DNA from: Octopus bimaculoides
Lineage: Eukaryota
Direction: 5' to 3'
Length of the DNA: 33,745 bases
Assembly: GCF_001194135.2 (NCBI RefSeq)
Contig: NC_068987.1
Span: 52,674,765-52,708,509 of the forward strand
A program made the position numbers and the translations under genes. This document shows, piece by piece, positions 1-11,497 of the stretch (position 1 is the stretch's first letter; each line of letters starts with the position of its first letter). The notes under the pieces were generated by a model that was not told the DNA's origin, made no database searches, and saw nothing but the letters and a program-made list of their open reading frames with translations.

Positions 1-75
1 GGGACGACCAAAGCCTTGTGAGTGGATTTGGTAGACGGAAACTGTAAGAAGCCCGTCGTTTATATATATAATGTG

Positions 76-116
<41 letters not shown>

Positions 117-250
117 ATGCGTGTGTGTGTATCTGTGTGTGTGTTGGATCTCCCTCTCACTGCTTGAAAACCGGTGTTGTTGTTTTTATATCCCCGTAAG
201 TAGCGGTTCGGCAAAAGAGACTGTTAGGATAAGTACAAGGCTTTCAAATG
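1..250 (+). mobile_element. SINE family B (bipartite, internal TA/TG microsatellite), 5' part cut by window edge
   Basis: GACCAAAGCCTTGTGAGTGGATTTGGTAGACGGAAACTG, then (TA)n(TG)n at ~62-141, then a 3' module (CCCCGTAAGTAGCGGTTCGGCAAAAGAGAC...ATAAGTAC). The 3' module recurs at 3779-3990 (-) and 8911-9111 (+). Identification as an octopus SINE is from recall. Confidence 0.8.
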
Positions 251-420
251 AATTAATATGAAATACTTATTATATAAAGATAGAAAAATTATTTAAAACG
301 GAAAAATTTGGATAAGCATTGTTTTCACTTTGCTAAAGATTTTCTACTATTTGAAAATAATATGTATTCTTGATTTTAATTGAGTTGTTTACCTGTAATT
401 TTGGATTGTGTCCCTAATAT

Positions 421-423
<3 letters not shown>

Positions 424-490
<67 letters not shown>
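424..490. repeat. (AT)n microsatellite
   Basis: Pure AT run read directly. Confidence 0.98.
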
Positions 491-494
<4 letters not shown>

Positions 495-534
495 ACACAC
501 GCATACACTCTCATATACATACATATAACAATTA

Positions 535-1195
535 AGATAAAATGGAGAAATAAAATGTATAATTGGTGATTAAACACCATATAATAACGACGGTCGTTTC
601 TGTTGGGTCAACATATGTAGACAGAAGTTAGTGAAATAGGTACATCTGGACTTTGAGAGAATGTTTCATATATTTATTTCTGAATTGATATTATCAAAGT
701 ATAAATGTAATTTTACATTGAAATATTCTTGCAAATATTGAAAAGCTTTTAAATATTTCAATTGTAAATAAGCCATTGATTATAATTCCTTTTCATATTT
801 AACAATATGAAATAACTTTGTTAAAAATCTTTAGTATATTTATAGATAGATAACTAATCGTTGTGACTTGGAGTATCTATGCTTCTAACTATCGTAACGT
901 AGAATTCGTATGCTGACTTTTCTTTCTTTTGTTATCCATTGACGTCGTACAAAATTGAATATTGAATTCGTTTCTCTTAGAATATTATATGTCTTCTTAA
1001 ATTTGTTTGTAAATGGGTTCATCACTTTGAATTGAACCAATTTTGGGTTTTCTTGATAACGTTAAGTTAACATATGTTTTCGGATATATCAATTTGACTG
1101 ATATTTCCTGTATCTAAATATGATGGAAGAACAGGAACGATCGTCGGTATTGTATGATGTAATCACCAATTAATGATATAATTTTCTCCATTCTC
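535..1195. repeat. Diverged inverted repeat (arms ~535-640 and ~1080-1195), possible MITE/foldback element
   Basis: Reverse complement of the left arm (AACAGAAACGACCGTCGTTATTATATGGTGTTTAATCACCAATTA...TTTCTCCATT) aligns to the right arm (AACAGGAACGATCGTCGGTATTGTATGATGTAATCACCAATTA...TTTCTCCATT). The outer ends coincide. Confidence 0.75.
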
Positions 1196-1781
1196 ATTTT
1201 TGTTGTCTTATACTCCGAATTTCCTGAAATTCTTAACGATATTTCTTTTAACGTGTTATACATGTAGAATTAACTTGTACTTGCATTTATTGGAATCTAA
1301 TTGTAGGATATAGTTAACCATGTCTCTTTAACACCGACTGCTACTTGGATCCTTTAAATTGATATAACCTATATGAACGTGTCTAAACAATATTCAGTAT
1401 GTTCTTGTGATAGACTGCATCTATTAAAGAAAAGTTGAGAAACTCCAACGAATACATATATTCGAGGGTCAAGGTTTTCTTTTATGTCCTTATTTTAAGA
1501 AATACATCTTATGGGTATTTCTAAGTAGTCCATCGGACAATTAGTGAGTCTACTTGACACAGAATTATTGTAACGTTGGTTATATCCCTTGTGTTTTTGT
1601 CTTCTTTACAAGTGTTTCTTGTCTAAACGTTATCTGCTCAAAAGACAACTACCAAATGGTCTTGTTTTCAGCTTGATAAATATAGGAAGAAATTATTATT
1701 TCAACCAGGAAACCCTGCGTCGGTATATTTACAAGATTTGTGTTGTTTTATTTTTTTTAGTTTTAAGATTATCTTTACTCT

Positions 1782-1835
1782 CTTGTTGAACCATCACCAC
1801 ATAATATACTTGTTGAAGCATCACCACATAATACA
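1782..1835. repeat. 27-bp tandem duplication
   Basis: CTTGTTGAACCATCACCACATAATATA followed by CTTGTTGAAGCATCACCACATAATACA (2 mismatches). Confidence 0.95.
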
Positions 1836-2315
1836 CACACATATATAAAAAGGGTGAATATGTATATATGTATATAGAAAAAGATAGGAAGAGAGAGAGC
1901 GAAAGAGAGAGAGGGTCTGTAAAACTGTGTACATTAAACTTACAAGACAAAACTCCAACGTACCCAGAAGATTTTGGCAGCTTATTCATGGTTCAAAGAA
2001 ACCCTTTCTGCAGTAAAATGATTGTTGGAAAAACTGCAGATATGGCTTACATATTTTTATCTGGAATCATTTAATTAAATTTCGTTACGTAATAGTCTTT
2101 CTCATTGTCCTCGATGCACTAGTTTTCACATAAATTCTGATCATTATATCAATACTTCAAGAAAAATGAAATTCCGCTGTACTTGTGAGCATCATTCGTC
2201 GATGTGAAATCTAGGAAATAATTGTCAAAGATATATTTTTATAATGTACGCATAATCTACACCATAAAAATATGCTCTTTATATTACTTGCTCTTCTTTT
2301 CCGTATGGTATATGA

Positions 2316-3226
2316 CATTGCTAACATTCGTTTTAAATTTTGTTACAAGGCCAGCAATTTCGAAGTATGGGGTAAGTTGATTACGTGTACCCAGTGTTGA
2401 ACTGGTTTTTATTTTATCGATCCCGAGTGATAAAAAACAAAGTCGACCTCGGTAGAATTTGAAATCAGACAGTGACGACGAATGAAACACTGCTAAGCAT
2501 TTTGCCGGAGTGCTGGCGATTCTGCCAGCTCAATGCCTTAATATAAAATATTAATATTCATTTCAATTTTTTGCACAAAGCCAGCTATTTCGAGGAGGGT
2601 CTAAGTCGATTACATCCATCCTAGAAGTCGAAAGGCACTTATTTTCCGACCTCGAAAGGATGAAAATCAAAGTCAATCCCGGCGGAATTCCAACTCGGAA
2701 AGTAAAGACGGACGAAATGCTGCTAAGAATTTTGCTTGGCGTGCAAACGATTTTACCATTGACATTGCTATATATTGCTGCCAAATTTTGGCACAAGTTT
2801 AGTGATTTAGTGGAAAGAGTAAATCGATTACAACTGGTACTTACTTTATGAAGCCCGAAATAATTAAAGGTAAAGTTGACCTCGGCGGAATTTGACCTCA
2901 GAACGCAATGACGGACAAAGTACCGCTAAGCATTTTACTTGGCGTGCTAACGAATCTACCAGCTTTGAACTTGCTAATATTGGTTTCGAATTTTAGCACA
3001 AAGCTAGCAATTTCGAAAAGATGTAGTTAGTCAATTACATCTATCCCAGTGTTCAACTGGTGCGTATTTTATCGACCCGGAAAAGATGAAAGGCAAAGCT
3101 GAACTGAACTGATTTGAACTGAACATTTGAACTGAACTCAGAACAAGAAGACAGACGAAATGCTGCTAAGCATTTTACCCTGCGTCCTAACGATTTTGAC
3201 AGCTGCCGCTTCGACCTTGCTAATAT
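2316..3226 (-). mobile_element. Head-to-tail array of four diverged tRNA-derived SINE family A copies (~2329-2535, ~2551-2762, ~2777-2969, ~2982-3214)
   Basis: On the minus strand each unit reads approximately GAGCTGGCAGAATCG..AGCA..AAAATGCTTAGC..TTCAAATTCC(G)CCGAGGTCGACTTTG..GATAAAATAAGTACCAGTT..CTGGG..AATCGACTT..GAAATT..GGCCTTGTGCCAAAATTT. Same family as the + copy at 31101-31323. Confidence 0.9.
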
Positions 3227-3660
3227 CGACACATATTAGTAAATATGTATTTCGCACTAAAATATTATATTTTCGATAAGCTCTATTCGTAAGTTATCGT
3301 CATTACATAATTACTCAACTTAGCAGTAAAAGCAGATACATTTTCCTTATAGCACGCATTGACCAAATTAAAAATAGAAAAATCGTTTGTACAAGGCAGT
3401 CTAAGTCACTTGTACAAATAAGTAGTGGTTAATACTGACAGGCCTTTCATGTGGTCTCTGTTTGATCTATCAACGTGGGTCTAAACAATGGTCGCAGCAA
3501 AATTATTGATATGCTGTTTGTTACATTTCAGTGAATCACATGTTTACATTAAATGAGCACATGAATCGAATATTACAAAAGATTTTAGACATATAATATA
3601 CACATATAACGGCTATAAAATGCTAGAAAATGCATGTTCGCAAGTAATTCAGTTTAATAA

Positions 3661-3691
<31 letters not shown>

Positions 3692-3770
3692 TACATACAT
3701 ACATACATACATACATGCATACACGCACGCAAGTGCATGCACACACATGCACACATGCATACATATTTAT
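3661..3770. repeat. (CA)n/(CATA)n compound microsatellite
   Basis: Read directly. Confidence 0.95.
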
Positions 3771-3778
3771 ACATATGT

Positions 3779-3990
3779 TTTATTTGTTTCAGTCATTCGA
3801 CTACGGCCATGCTGAGGTAATAACTTGAAAGGTATTGGTGGAGCGAATTGACCCCAGTACTTATTTATTTTCAGTCTAGTGCTTATTATACCGATCTCAA
3901 ATACCGAACCGCTAATTTACAGGGTCATAGACTAACAGAACTCGGTTGTCAATCGATAGTGGGGACAACCAGAAACACACACACGCATAC
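3779..3990 (-). mobile_element. SINE family B 3' module
   Basis: Minus strand: TTGTCCCCACTATCGATTGACAACCGA..AATTAGCGGTTCGG..ATAAGTACTGGGGTCAATT..CAGCATGGCCGTAGTCGAATGACTGAAACAAATAAAA; homologous to 150-250 and 8911-9111. Confidence 0.85.
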
Positions 3991-4440
3991 ACAGGCGCGC
4001 GCGCGCGTTATAATATATATGCATAACTGCATAATATATACATGCATTATTTCAGAATATAAGTAGGACATAACACATATATTTATGGATTTCATTTAAA
4101 AAATCACTCGGAAATTAACGAGATTCATAATCACTTGATCACGTATCTAATCATCCGGCAGGTGCCGGACCGCTCATATTCAAGAACAAAGAGGATATAC
4201 ATTTATTAAGTGTATGTTAAAACCTTTTATCAAACTAATCTCGCTATATTTCAATATGGAAATTGTTGCACTGATTGTTTAGCATACATCAAACGGCTCC
4301 ATGTTTCGTTATATTCAGAATATTCACGCCGTGAATCATCGGTTTATATTTATTTACTACATTCTCCTGATTCTTCGCACTCTTCGATATAACATGTTTT
4401 GACTCTCCTTATCACTTCCAATTTGAATATATATTACCCA

Positions 4441-4483
4441 TCTCTCTCTGTATCTGTCGATCTCTCCCTATCTATCTATCTCG

Positions 4484-4560
<77 letters not shown>

Positions 4561-4625
4561 CGTGTGTGTGTGTGTTTGTGTATATAAAAACACACTACAC
4601 ACAAATGCACACACACACACATATG
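4441..4625. repeat. Compound (TC)/(TA)/(TG)/(CA) microsatellite
   Basis: Read directly. Confidence 0.95.
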
Positions 4626-5741
4626 TATATTTATATACGTATGTTTATGCCTGTGAGATTATGTCTCGTATGATTTACATAAGTTTGTGCATGTGTATAT
4701 GCACGTGCATTTGGGAACATTCCTTCCCGTACTATTGGACTAGAAGGCAGTACGTACGTTACTGACACATTAAGCAAGTAATTTCTTTTGCATGGATACA
4801 CAGAAAACAAGAATAATTGAACGTCACTTCAGATATTGTTTCACCGCATCATCTTGGAACGTTACTTAGCCTTGAGCAACATCAAAAAGCCTTTAGGTTA
4901 AATCCAAATCTGTTTGTTTGGAGTGTATCGATTTTTTGAACATGTAATTGCCAATTGATTTAACATTATTCTCTGAAGATTCTTTAATATGTTCTAGAGT
5001 AAACAAACATTCAAGCAGGTGGTAATTTCCTGAACATTCGGGAATTATAAAACTAAATGAACATTTTTCCTTCGATTAACATATATGCTGTTTTCTTAGG
5101 GAATTTATGGTAAATACCTCACTCAAAAATTTAAGGCTATGCGAAAAGACAACGAACATAAGGGCTGGACACACATTTATAAGCTTAACGTCGGATAAAT
5201 ACTCGTCAAAGATATTTTACAGAAATTGTACATTATATAAAAGAATCTTAGAATGAAATAAAAGACAGCAAATATTTGAATGGAGTTGTGAAATGCATTT
5301 GTTCACTAATGACTCTATTATTTTAGTTACACTTGGTATCCATCATAGTTGTTTATTGTAAGTACTTTGATAAACACGAACGGAATCATTTCTCTAGTTG
5401 ATTGGCGTGAAATTTCGTTATGCCCAAGTTTCCTTTAAGGTCATCTACACAAACTCAGTATGAACCAAAAAACTCTGTTTCAACATTAGTATCCTATCAT
5501 TTATATGCCAAATAATATATTTTAAAATGAAGGCCTCTCCAATAAAAAGAAGTATGGTTTATATGACATATATTAACAATAAATTATATTTAATAATGTA
5601 TTAGCGGCTATGATATCTTTTTGAAAATACATTAATTTCGATTTCGAATCGTTATATTTTTCAATGAAACACGTATGAATATTTTTAGGACATTACATTT
5701 GCGAATATTAGGAGAATAAACTGAAATAGGACGTTGAATCC

Positions 5742-5787
<46 letters not shown>
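5742..5787. repeat. (CT)n(AT)n microsatellite
   Basis: Read directly. Confidence 0.95.
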
Positions 5788-6397
5788 GTATCACAGGTAA
5801 AGTTTAAAGTATTTAAGCATCTGATTTGATAAGTTTTGTATCATTTTACAGCATTTGATCAATAACAACCACGCATTCTAAGTCAGCAAAGCAATTATTG
5901 GCCAAACAACTAAGTATAACTGAAAGCGATCTGTGTTTGCTAGCGGCTTGCACATACGACATGTCTGCTCTATAACCTGTTTCTGTATATTGTAAGAGTG
6001 GACATAGTCTCTATGTACACCGATTTGTGTTTTTATATAAATATTGATGCGGTAGCTATCTATGCACGTATATGTTTTTTATGTCAGTCTGGGATGGGTC
6101 GCAGGTAAGCTGTTATTAAGATGTATTGTTGTACAAGTGGTCTTGGGTGGATTACAGTGGCTTTTATATTGTATCTCGACTCTCAGTATTTTTCTAGTAA
6201 AGATTCTTTATGGGTGTGTTTACCAGTTTCTTTCTCGATAAAAGCTGTGGCATTGCAACTGATTTATTACATGTGGCAAGGTCAATTTCGGTTGGATAAA
6301 AACGACTTTTTGATTATCATCTTATTAATATGAGTATCAATTATCACGAACTTCTCTACTATACTGTAAGTAAATGAGCATCGATCTTACTGTAAAT

Positions 6398-6695
6398 GCG
6401 CTTGTCTAAGCTGTTAGGTTATTCGGCTCGCGATCGTTTGGTCAAGAATTCGATTCCTGGCGGTACCTTGAGTCCTTGAGCAAGGCGCTTCGTTTCAGTT
6501 CACTCAGCTGGCAAAAATGAGTTGTACTTGTAATTCAAAGCGCGAGCTTTGTCACATTCTATTTCACGCTGAATCTGTTTGAGAACTTAGTTAAATGTAC
6601 TTGTGTTTATGTAACGCTCAGTCACTGGCGCGTTAAGTTCACAAGCAGGCTTTCCGATCAACTGGAACCGTCGTCATCGTAACCGACGGAGTGTC
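6398..6695 (+). mobile_element. tRNA-derived SINE family C, near full length
   Basis: Decayed A box (~6398-6418), B box AATTCGATTCCT (~6448), central GTCCTTGAGCAAGGCGCTT motif of the kind seen in CORE/V-type SINEs, end GATCAACTGGAACCGTCGTCATCGTAACCGACGGAGTG. The head is homologous to 31333-31445. Confidence 0.8.
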
Positions 6696-7879
6696 AGGGA
6701 CGAAATCTTCCTTATAACAGCTATAATGATAATATAACATTGACAATCGTGGCTATATAATTAACATCTGATAAGATCTAGTAAAAACTATATAATTTTT
6801 TTTTTAAATTCAAATCGAAACAGATCGCTCAGTGGTATCAATAATGTACTTATCTATTATGTTATGCATATTATAGATTTATAGTTTAAGTCGAATTATA
6901 TATTCTCTTAAAATATTTGAACTCTTAGAAACTACTAATGATATTCATAGAAGAAGGTTTCGGGTTTAGAGAGGATATTAACGGCCAAATTAAGCTACTT
7001 GAGATCATTTCCTTTCCGAAGATATACTCAGTGTCTAGCAAATAAAAATAAATTCAAGCCCCTCCCCTTATTTTACAGATTGTCAAGTATTTCAACAGCA
7101 AATGTACGGTGTGTACTGATCGAAACGATTCTAGCATGTTAGCAACTGATTAAACAGAGGTAAAACATGAGCAACGCCACATCTTATTTACTTCATTAGC
7201 GCCACCCTACTGACCGCATAAAATTTGGGAGGTGATTTTACTGCATCCTGTATATTATAATTTAAACTTTGATGTTCGTCGGCATAGCCCTTTCTCTAAA
7301 GAAACGGGCTGTATTAGAAAGTTCGTACATTTCAAATAATTCACTTCCCACAAAGGCAGAACGTATCGACCATTTGAAAGACAGGTGACAAATACCTCTA
7401 TAAGTTCTATCCTGCTGAAAAAAAAGCAGAGGTCTAAAATGCTAGACAACTGTACGAACTCTCTAATATTATTTCTTAAACTTTTGTCCTGTAAAGTAAT
7501 TTTGAATTTACTAGGGATATTGAATATACAGTCTCGCCACAAAATCGTGTTCCCTCATTCTTGAAGACTTAATGAACAATGAAAAATGGGTTTCTGTGAT
7601 TCCAAGACAAATAGAAATAAATTCCGAGTGTACCTCATATAAACACATATTACTCGTAATGATAGATTCACACCGCTAAATTAAGAATAATTCCAAAGAC
7701 AATCAGTATCTTGTAACATACAATGAGTATTTGAACGTTTATTTAATGGACGTAAGGTACGGAAGTAGATTTTACTGTAAACATTTCGATACTTAAATAT
7801 TTAAGTTCGGTTAAAAAAAAATTAACAATAATTTACTTTATATCGAAGTTCACTGAAGTATCTCTTAAACTGTTTACGT

Positions 7880-8014
7880 ATACATACATCCATAAATTAC
7901 ATAGATTCGTATATATATCCAAATATACATATATAGACACACACACTCATACGCACACACACACACACACGCACGCACACATACACACACACAAACACCC
8001 ACACCCACACATAC

Positions 8015-8092
<78 letters not shown>

Positions 8093-8124
8093 GCACACAC
8101 ACAAACACACATACACACACACAT
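7880..8124. repeat. Compound (CA)/(TA) microsatellite
   Basis: Read directly. Confidence 0.95.
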
Positions 8125-8910
8125 GAAAAATGCGTACCGTGAAATTTAAGGACCTGTAGCAGATTTCAAAAGAAAATGTATTCCAGCCTGTATGATAGTA
8201 AAAACTTACTTGCTCTTCTGTATTCGAAGCAGTTTAACAAACATCACAAATATTGTATTGCTTAAAGAGAATAGAGGAATATATATTTTAGTAAATTATT
8301 TAAAATATGGAAATAATATAACGAAGTACCTCTGTATGTTAATTTGTTTGTCAGAAATACCAGGCTTATATTGCTCGAATCACGGCCTACTAACTTTAAA
8401 AAAAATAATAATAAACGAGGATATTGTGTGAAGAAGATAAACATTTAAAACAGATACTATGGCCTAGAGCGAGTTGGCTGGAGTGTATTTAATCATACGT
8501 ATCATCAATTAGCGTTGAACTGAAGCCAAAGAACAATCAAAACTATTTGGTTAGACTGAAAATATTCAAAGATTCCGACAATATAAACAGATATCAGTAA
8601 TATAATGTCTTTTTTTATTAATATACATAAAAAAATAAGCAAATTTAATTGCTGGATAGATGAAACAAATAGGAAAAACACATTTTCCAGAACATGCATC
8701 GACTGTGGATTTATTATAAAAACTCTATTATGATAATAGCATAGATATGAATGTGTGCATGTATGTGCGTGTGTGACTGTGTCTGTGTGTATGTGTGTGT
8801 GTGTGTTGATGCATACTTATAAATATATACCTATGCACAAATATATACATATAAAAATATTTCTATACATATATATGTACAGATGTACATATATACAGAT
8901 GTATCATTTT

Positions 8911-9111
8911 GTGTCTGTGTTTGTCCTCCTACCGATATTTGACGACCGATGCTGTTGTGTTTATGTCCCCACAATTTAGCGGTTCGGCAAAAGAGGCCAA
9001 GAGAATAGGTACCAAGCTTACAAAGTATAAGTCTTGGGGGGCGGGGTCAATGTATTCGACTAATATGCGGTGCTGCAGCATGGCCGATTCAAATGACTGA
9101 ACCAAAAGAAT
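8911..9111 (+). mobile_element. SINE family B 3' module
   Basis: GTGTCTGTGTTTGTCC..GACGACCGATGCTG..TCCCCACAATTTAGCGGTTCGGCAAAAGAG..GCAGCATGGCCG..AATGACTGAA; preceded by a TG/TA microsatellite (~8750-8900). Confidence 0.85.
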
Positions 9112-9220
9112 ATATAATATATTACAAACTTGGGTGCATAATTTATGACTATGTTTACAGAAACCGAACCGCCTAAATGTTTAATTTATTTGTAAGTGTA
9201 TAGAACATATATTTTCAATT

Positions 9221-9240
9221 ATCATCATTATTATTATTAA

Positions 9241-9280
<40 letters not shown>

Positions 9281-9300
9281 ATTATTATTATTATTATTAC

Positions 9301-9352
<52 letters not shown>

Positions 9353-9355
9353 TTA
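9221..9355. repeat. (ATT)n microsatellite
   Basis: Read directly. Confidence 0.97.
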
Positions 9356-9461
9356 TGTTTGACTTTTGTTTTGCATTTGTACAAGTTGGATCCAAGTCTC
9401 ACCCAGAGACCTCAAGAGACAAGTTAGAAGTTCATGTAGGTGTTATGCCTAGAGTACCATA
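9356..9461 (-). mobile_element. Probable 3' end of a non-LTR retroelement with a (TAA)n tail
   Basis: Minus strand ...CTTGAGGTCTCTGGGTGAGACTTGGATCCAACTTGTACAAATGCAAAACAAAAGTCAAACATAAAA runs directly into (TAA)n. Same layout as the RLE element at 31641. No coding sequence is present, so the family call is inference. Confidence 0.5.
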
Positions 9462-9471
9462 NNNNNNNNNN

Positions 9472-9600
9472 CATCATTATTATTATTGTTCTTCTTCTTC
9501 TTCTTCTTTTTCTTCTTCTTCTTCTTCTTCTTCTTCTTCTTCTTCTTCTTCTTCTTCTTCTTCTTCTTCTTCTTCTTCTTCTTCTTCTTCTTCTTCTTCC
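9472..9600. repeat. Short (ATT) then long (CTT)n microsatellite
   Basis: Read directly; follows the 10-N gap at 9462-9471. Confidence 0.97.
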
Positions 9601-11019
9601 ACAATGCGTGGAAAGTTTGTTTTAATGAGAACATCAGTTTACGTCACGGAGGTCGAATCTCTTAAGGTCAGTTGCAGCAACACACATTCTGGCGTTCCTT
9701 TATTCTTATATCAAGATTACTTCTTCCTACCACAAAGGATCTTAAAACATATCGTGAATCTCCAACGAGTAAAACGATAGTAGATCTAATAAATTAGTAC
9801 GATACGAGTATAATGTTCGGATGGGATGCATTGTGGTGTTCATACAATTATTTGCACTCTGATTTCGAACTACATCACATGTCAACTTCGTACTTGTCTT
9901 TGATCCTTTTGAGGCCGATAATTACCAGTCTAGTACAACATTCGTGCCCCATCTCTATTTCAATCCCATTCACTTTCCAATGCTCTTTCTCGACGAAATC
10001 GGTTGAAGTCAGACTAGTTAAAGGGTTGACAAAATTATGTTCGATAATTGGTTTTCAGTTTTCTGAACAACAATTTTCAGCTGCTTATAAAGACCTATTA
10101 GGTATATATCTTATGTTTTGAAAACATATCTAAAGTTTCCAATGTTTTGAAAACGTTATCTTAATTTCTGACGCTTTATTCTTATGTAAAACAGATCAAG
10201 TGCTTCGCGACATCCTTATAAAAACAAGTTCAAATTATTTTAATGTGAAGAGAAAAAATAACCTACAGATTCAGGCAAAGTTATATAATTCCTGACAAAA
10301 GAATTTAACTATCCTCAAAAATAAATGTCTGAAAGGTAGATGAGTCGTTTTTCCAAGAGAAGGCATTGACATACCCAACAGACTTAAATATATGCATCTT
10401 TCTTTTTTACACAACTTTTCTCTCACTCAGTAATTTACCACGTTATCATTATAATGGCATATATATAGGATGAATATAAGCATGTATATATGTATGTATG
10501 TACACACACGCGTGGTTGTTTGTGTTTGTGTGCATTAAATAAATTTGTGACTCATTTTTAATTTAGAGAATTTCAACAAATCCGCAACTGAAAGTCATGC
10601 TCTGATCGTAAACGTTCACCCTAAGTTAAATGTAGGTATTTGCAAATATCTGTCTCCTGGTTAGGGCTTAAAGTAAGTTCATAGAAATCATCTTTACTCT
10701 CACAATTGTCTTGTGAATGCCGAAGTCCATTTCCGATTAGTTGTATGGGATCTGTTCCAAATTTGAAAATATTCAGTGAAAGGTCTTGATGATTTTCAAT
10801 CATAGGTTTTTAAGACATGCATCCCAAGCATAATGCTTATAGACCTAGCCTTTCTTGGCAACACTATATATGTATGTGTATGCGTGCTTAAACACTTTAT
10901 CTAAATATCGCTAGAAAACAAGCATGCCATAACATATTACAAAATTTGCGTACATGTGTACTTATACAGCTTATGTAGCGGTATGGCGAGATATAAAATG
11001 GGATAAATGAACTGGAAAC

Positions 11020-11062
11020 GTACACAGACACATAGACACACATACACACACATACACACACA

Positions 11063-11100
<38 letters not shown>
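11020..11100. repeat. (CA)n microsatellite
   Basis: Read directly. Confidence 0.95.
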
Positions 11101-11102
<2 letters not shown>

Positions 11103-11403
11103 TAGATGGGTATATGTCAACATATTCACATACGTACACTCATACACACGCATGGTATCAGTTTATTGATAAAGCACTATAACCTTTCTCTGATTCTGGC
11201 TAATGGAATGTTCTTCAGATGTCGGAGCTTATCCAAACAACTCATCGCCTACAGGTATTTATTACTCAGGGATTTATGTGTTGCTGTTAATCTATGTTGC
11301 TTGTTATATCAATGAAGTCAAAATAGTTTACATGTGTATCTATAAGGGGGCGCTTTATACGTTTATGTATATATTTATATATGTATGTATATGTATGTAC
11401 ATA

Positions 11404-11439
<36 letters not shown>

Positions 11440-11449
11440 AGTGTGTGTG

Positions 11450-11497
<48 letters not shown>

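Noticed and set aside
2316-3226. Array as CRISPR or tRNA gene cluster
   Set aside because: Units are ~220-bp diverged SINEs with no unique spacers, no cas genes and no complete cloverleaf.
10621-10803. 60-aa minus-strand ORF with protein-like composition
   Set aside because: No recognisable motif or splice acceptor; upstream in-frame stops.
11219-11254. 36-nt candidate micro-exon (ttcttcag|...CAG|gtattt)
   Set aside because: Peptide MSELIQTTHRLQ has no resemblance to the receptor; such AG/GT pairs arise by chance in 30 kb.
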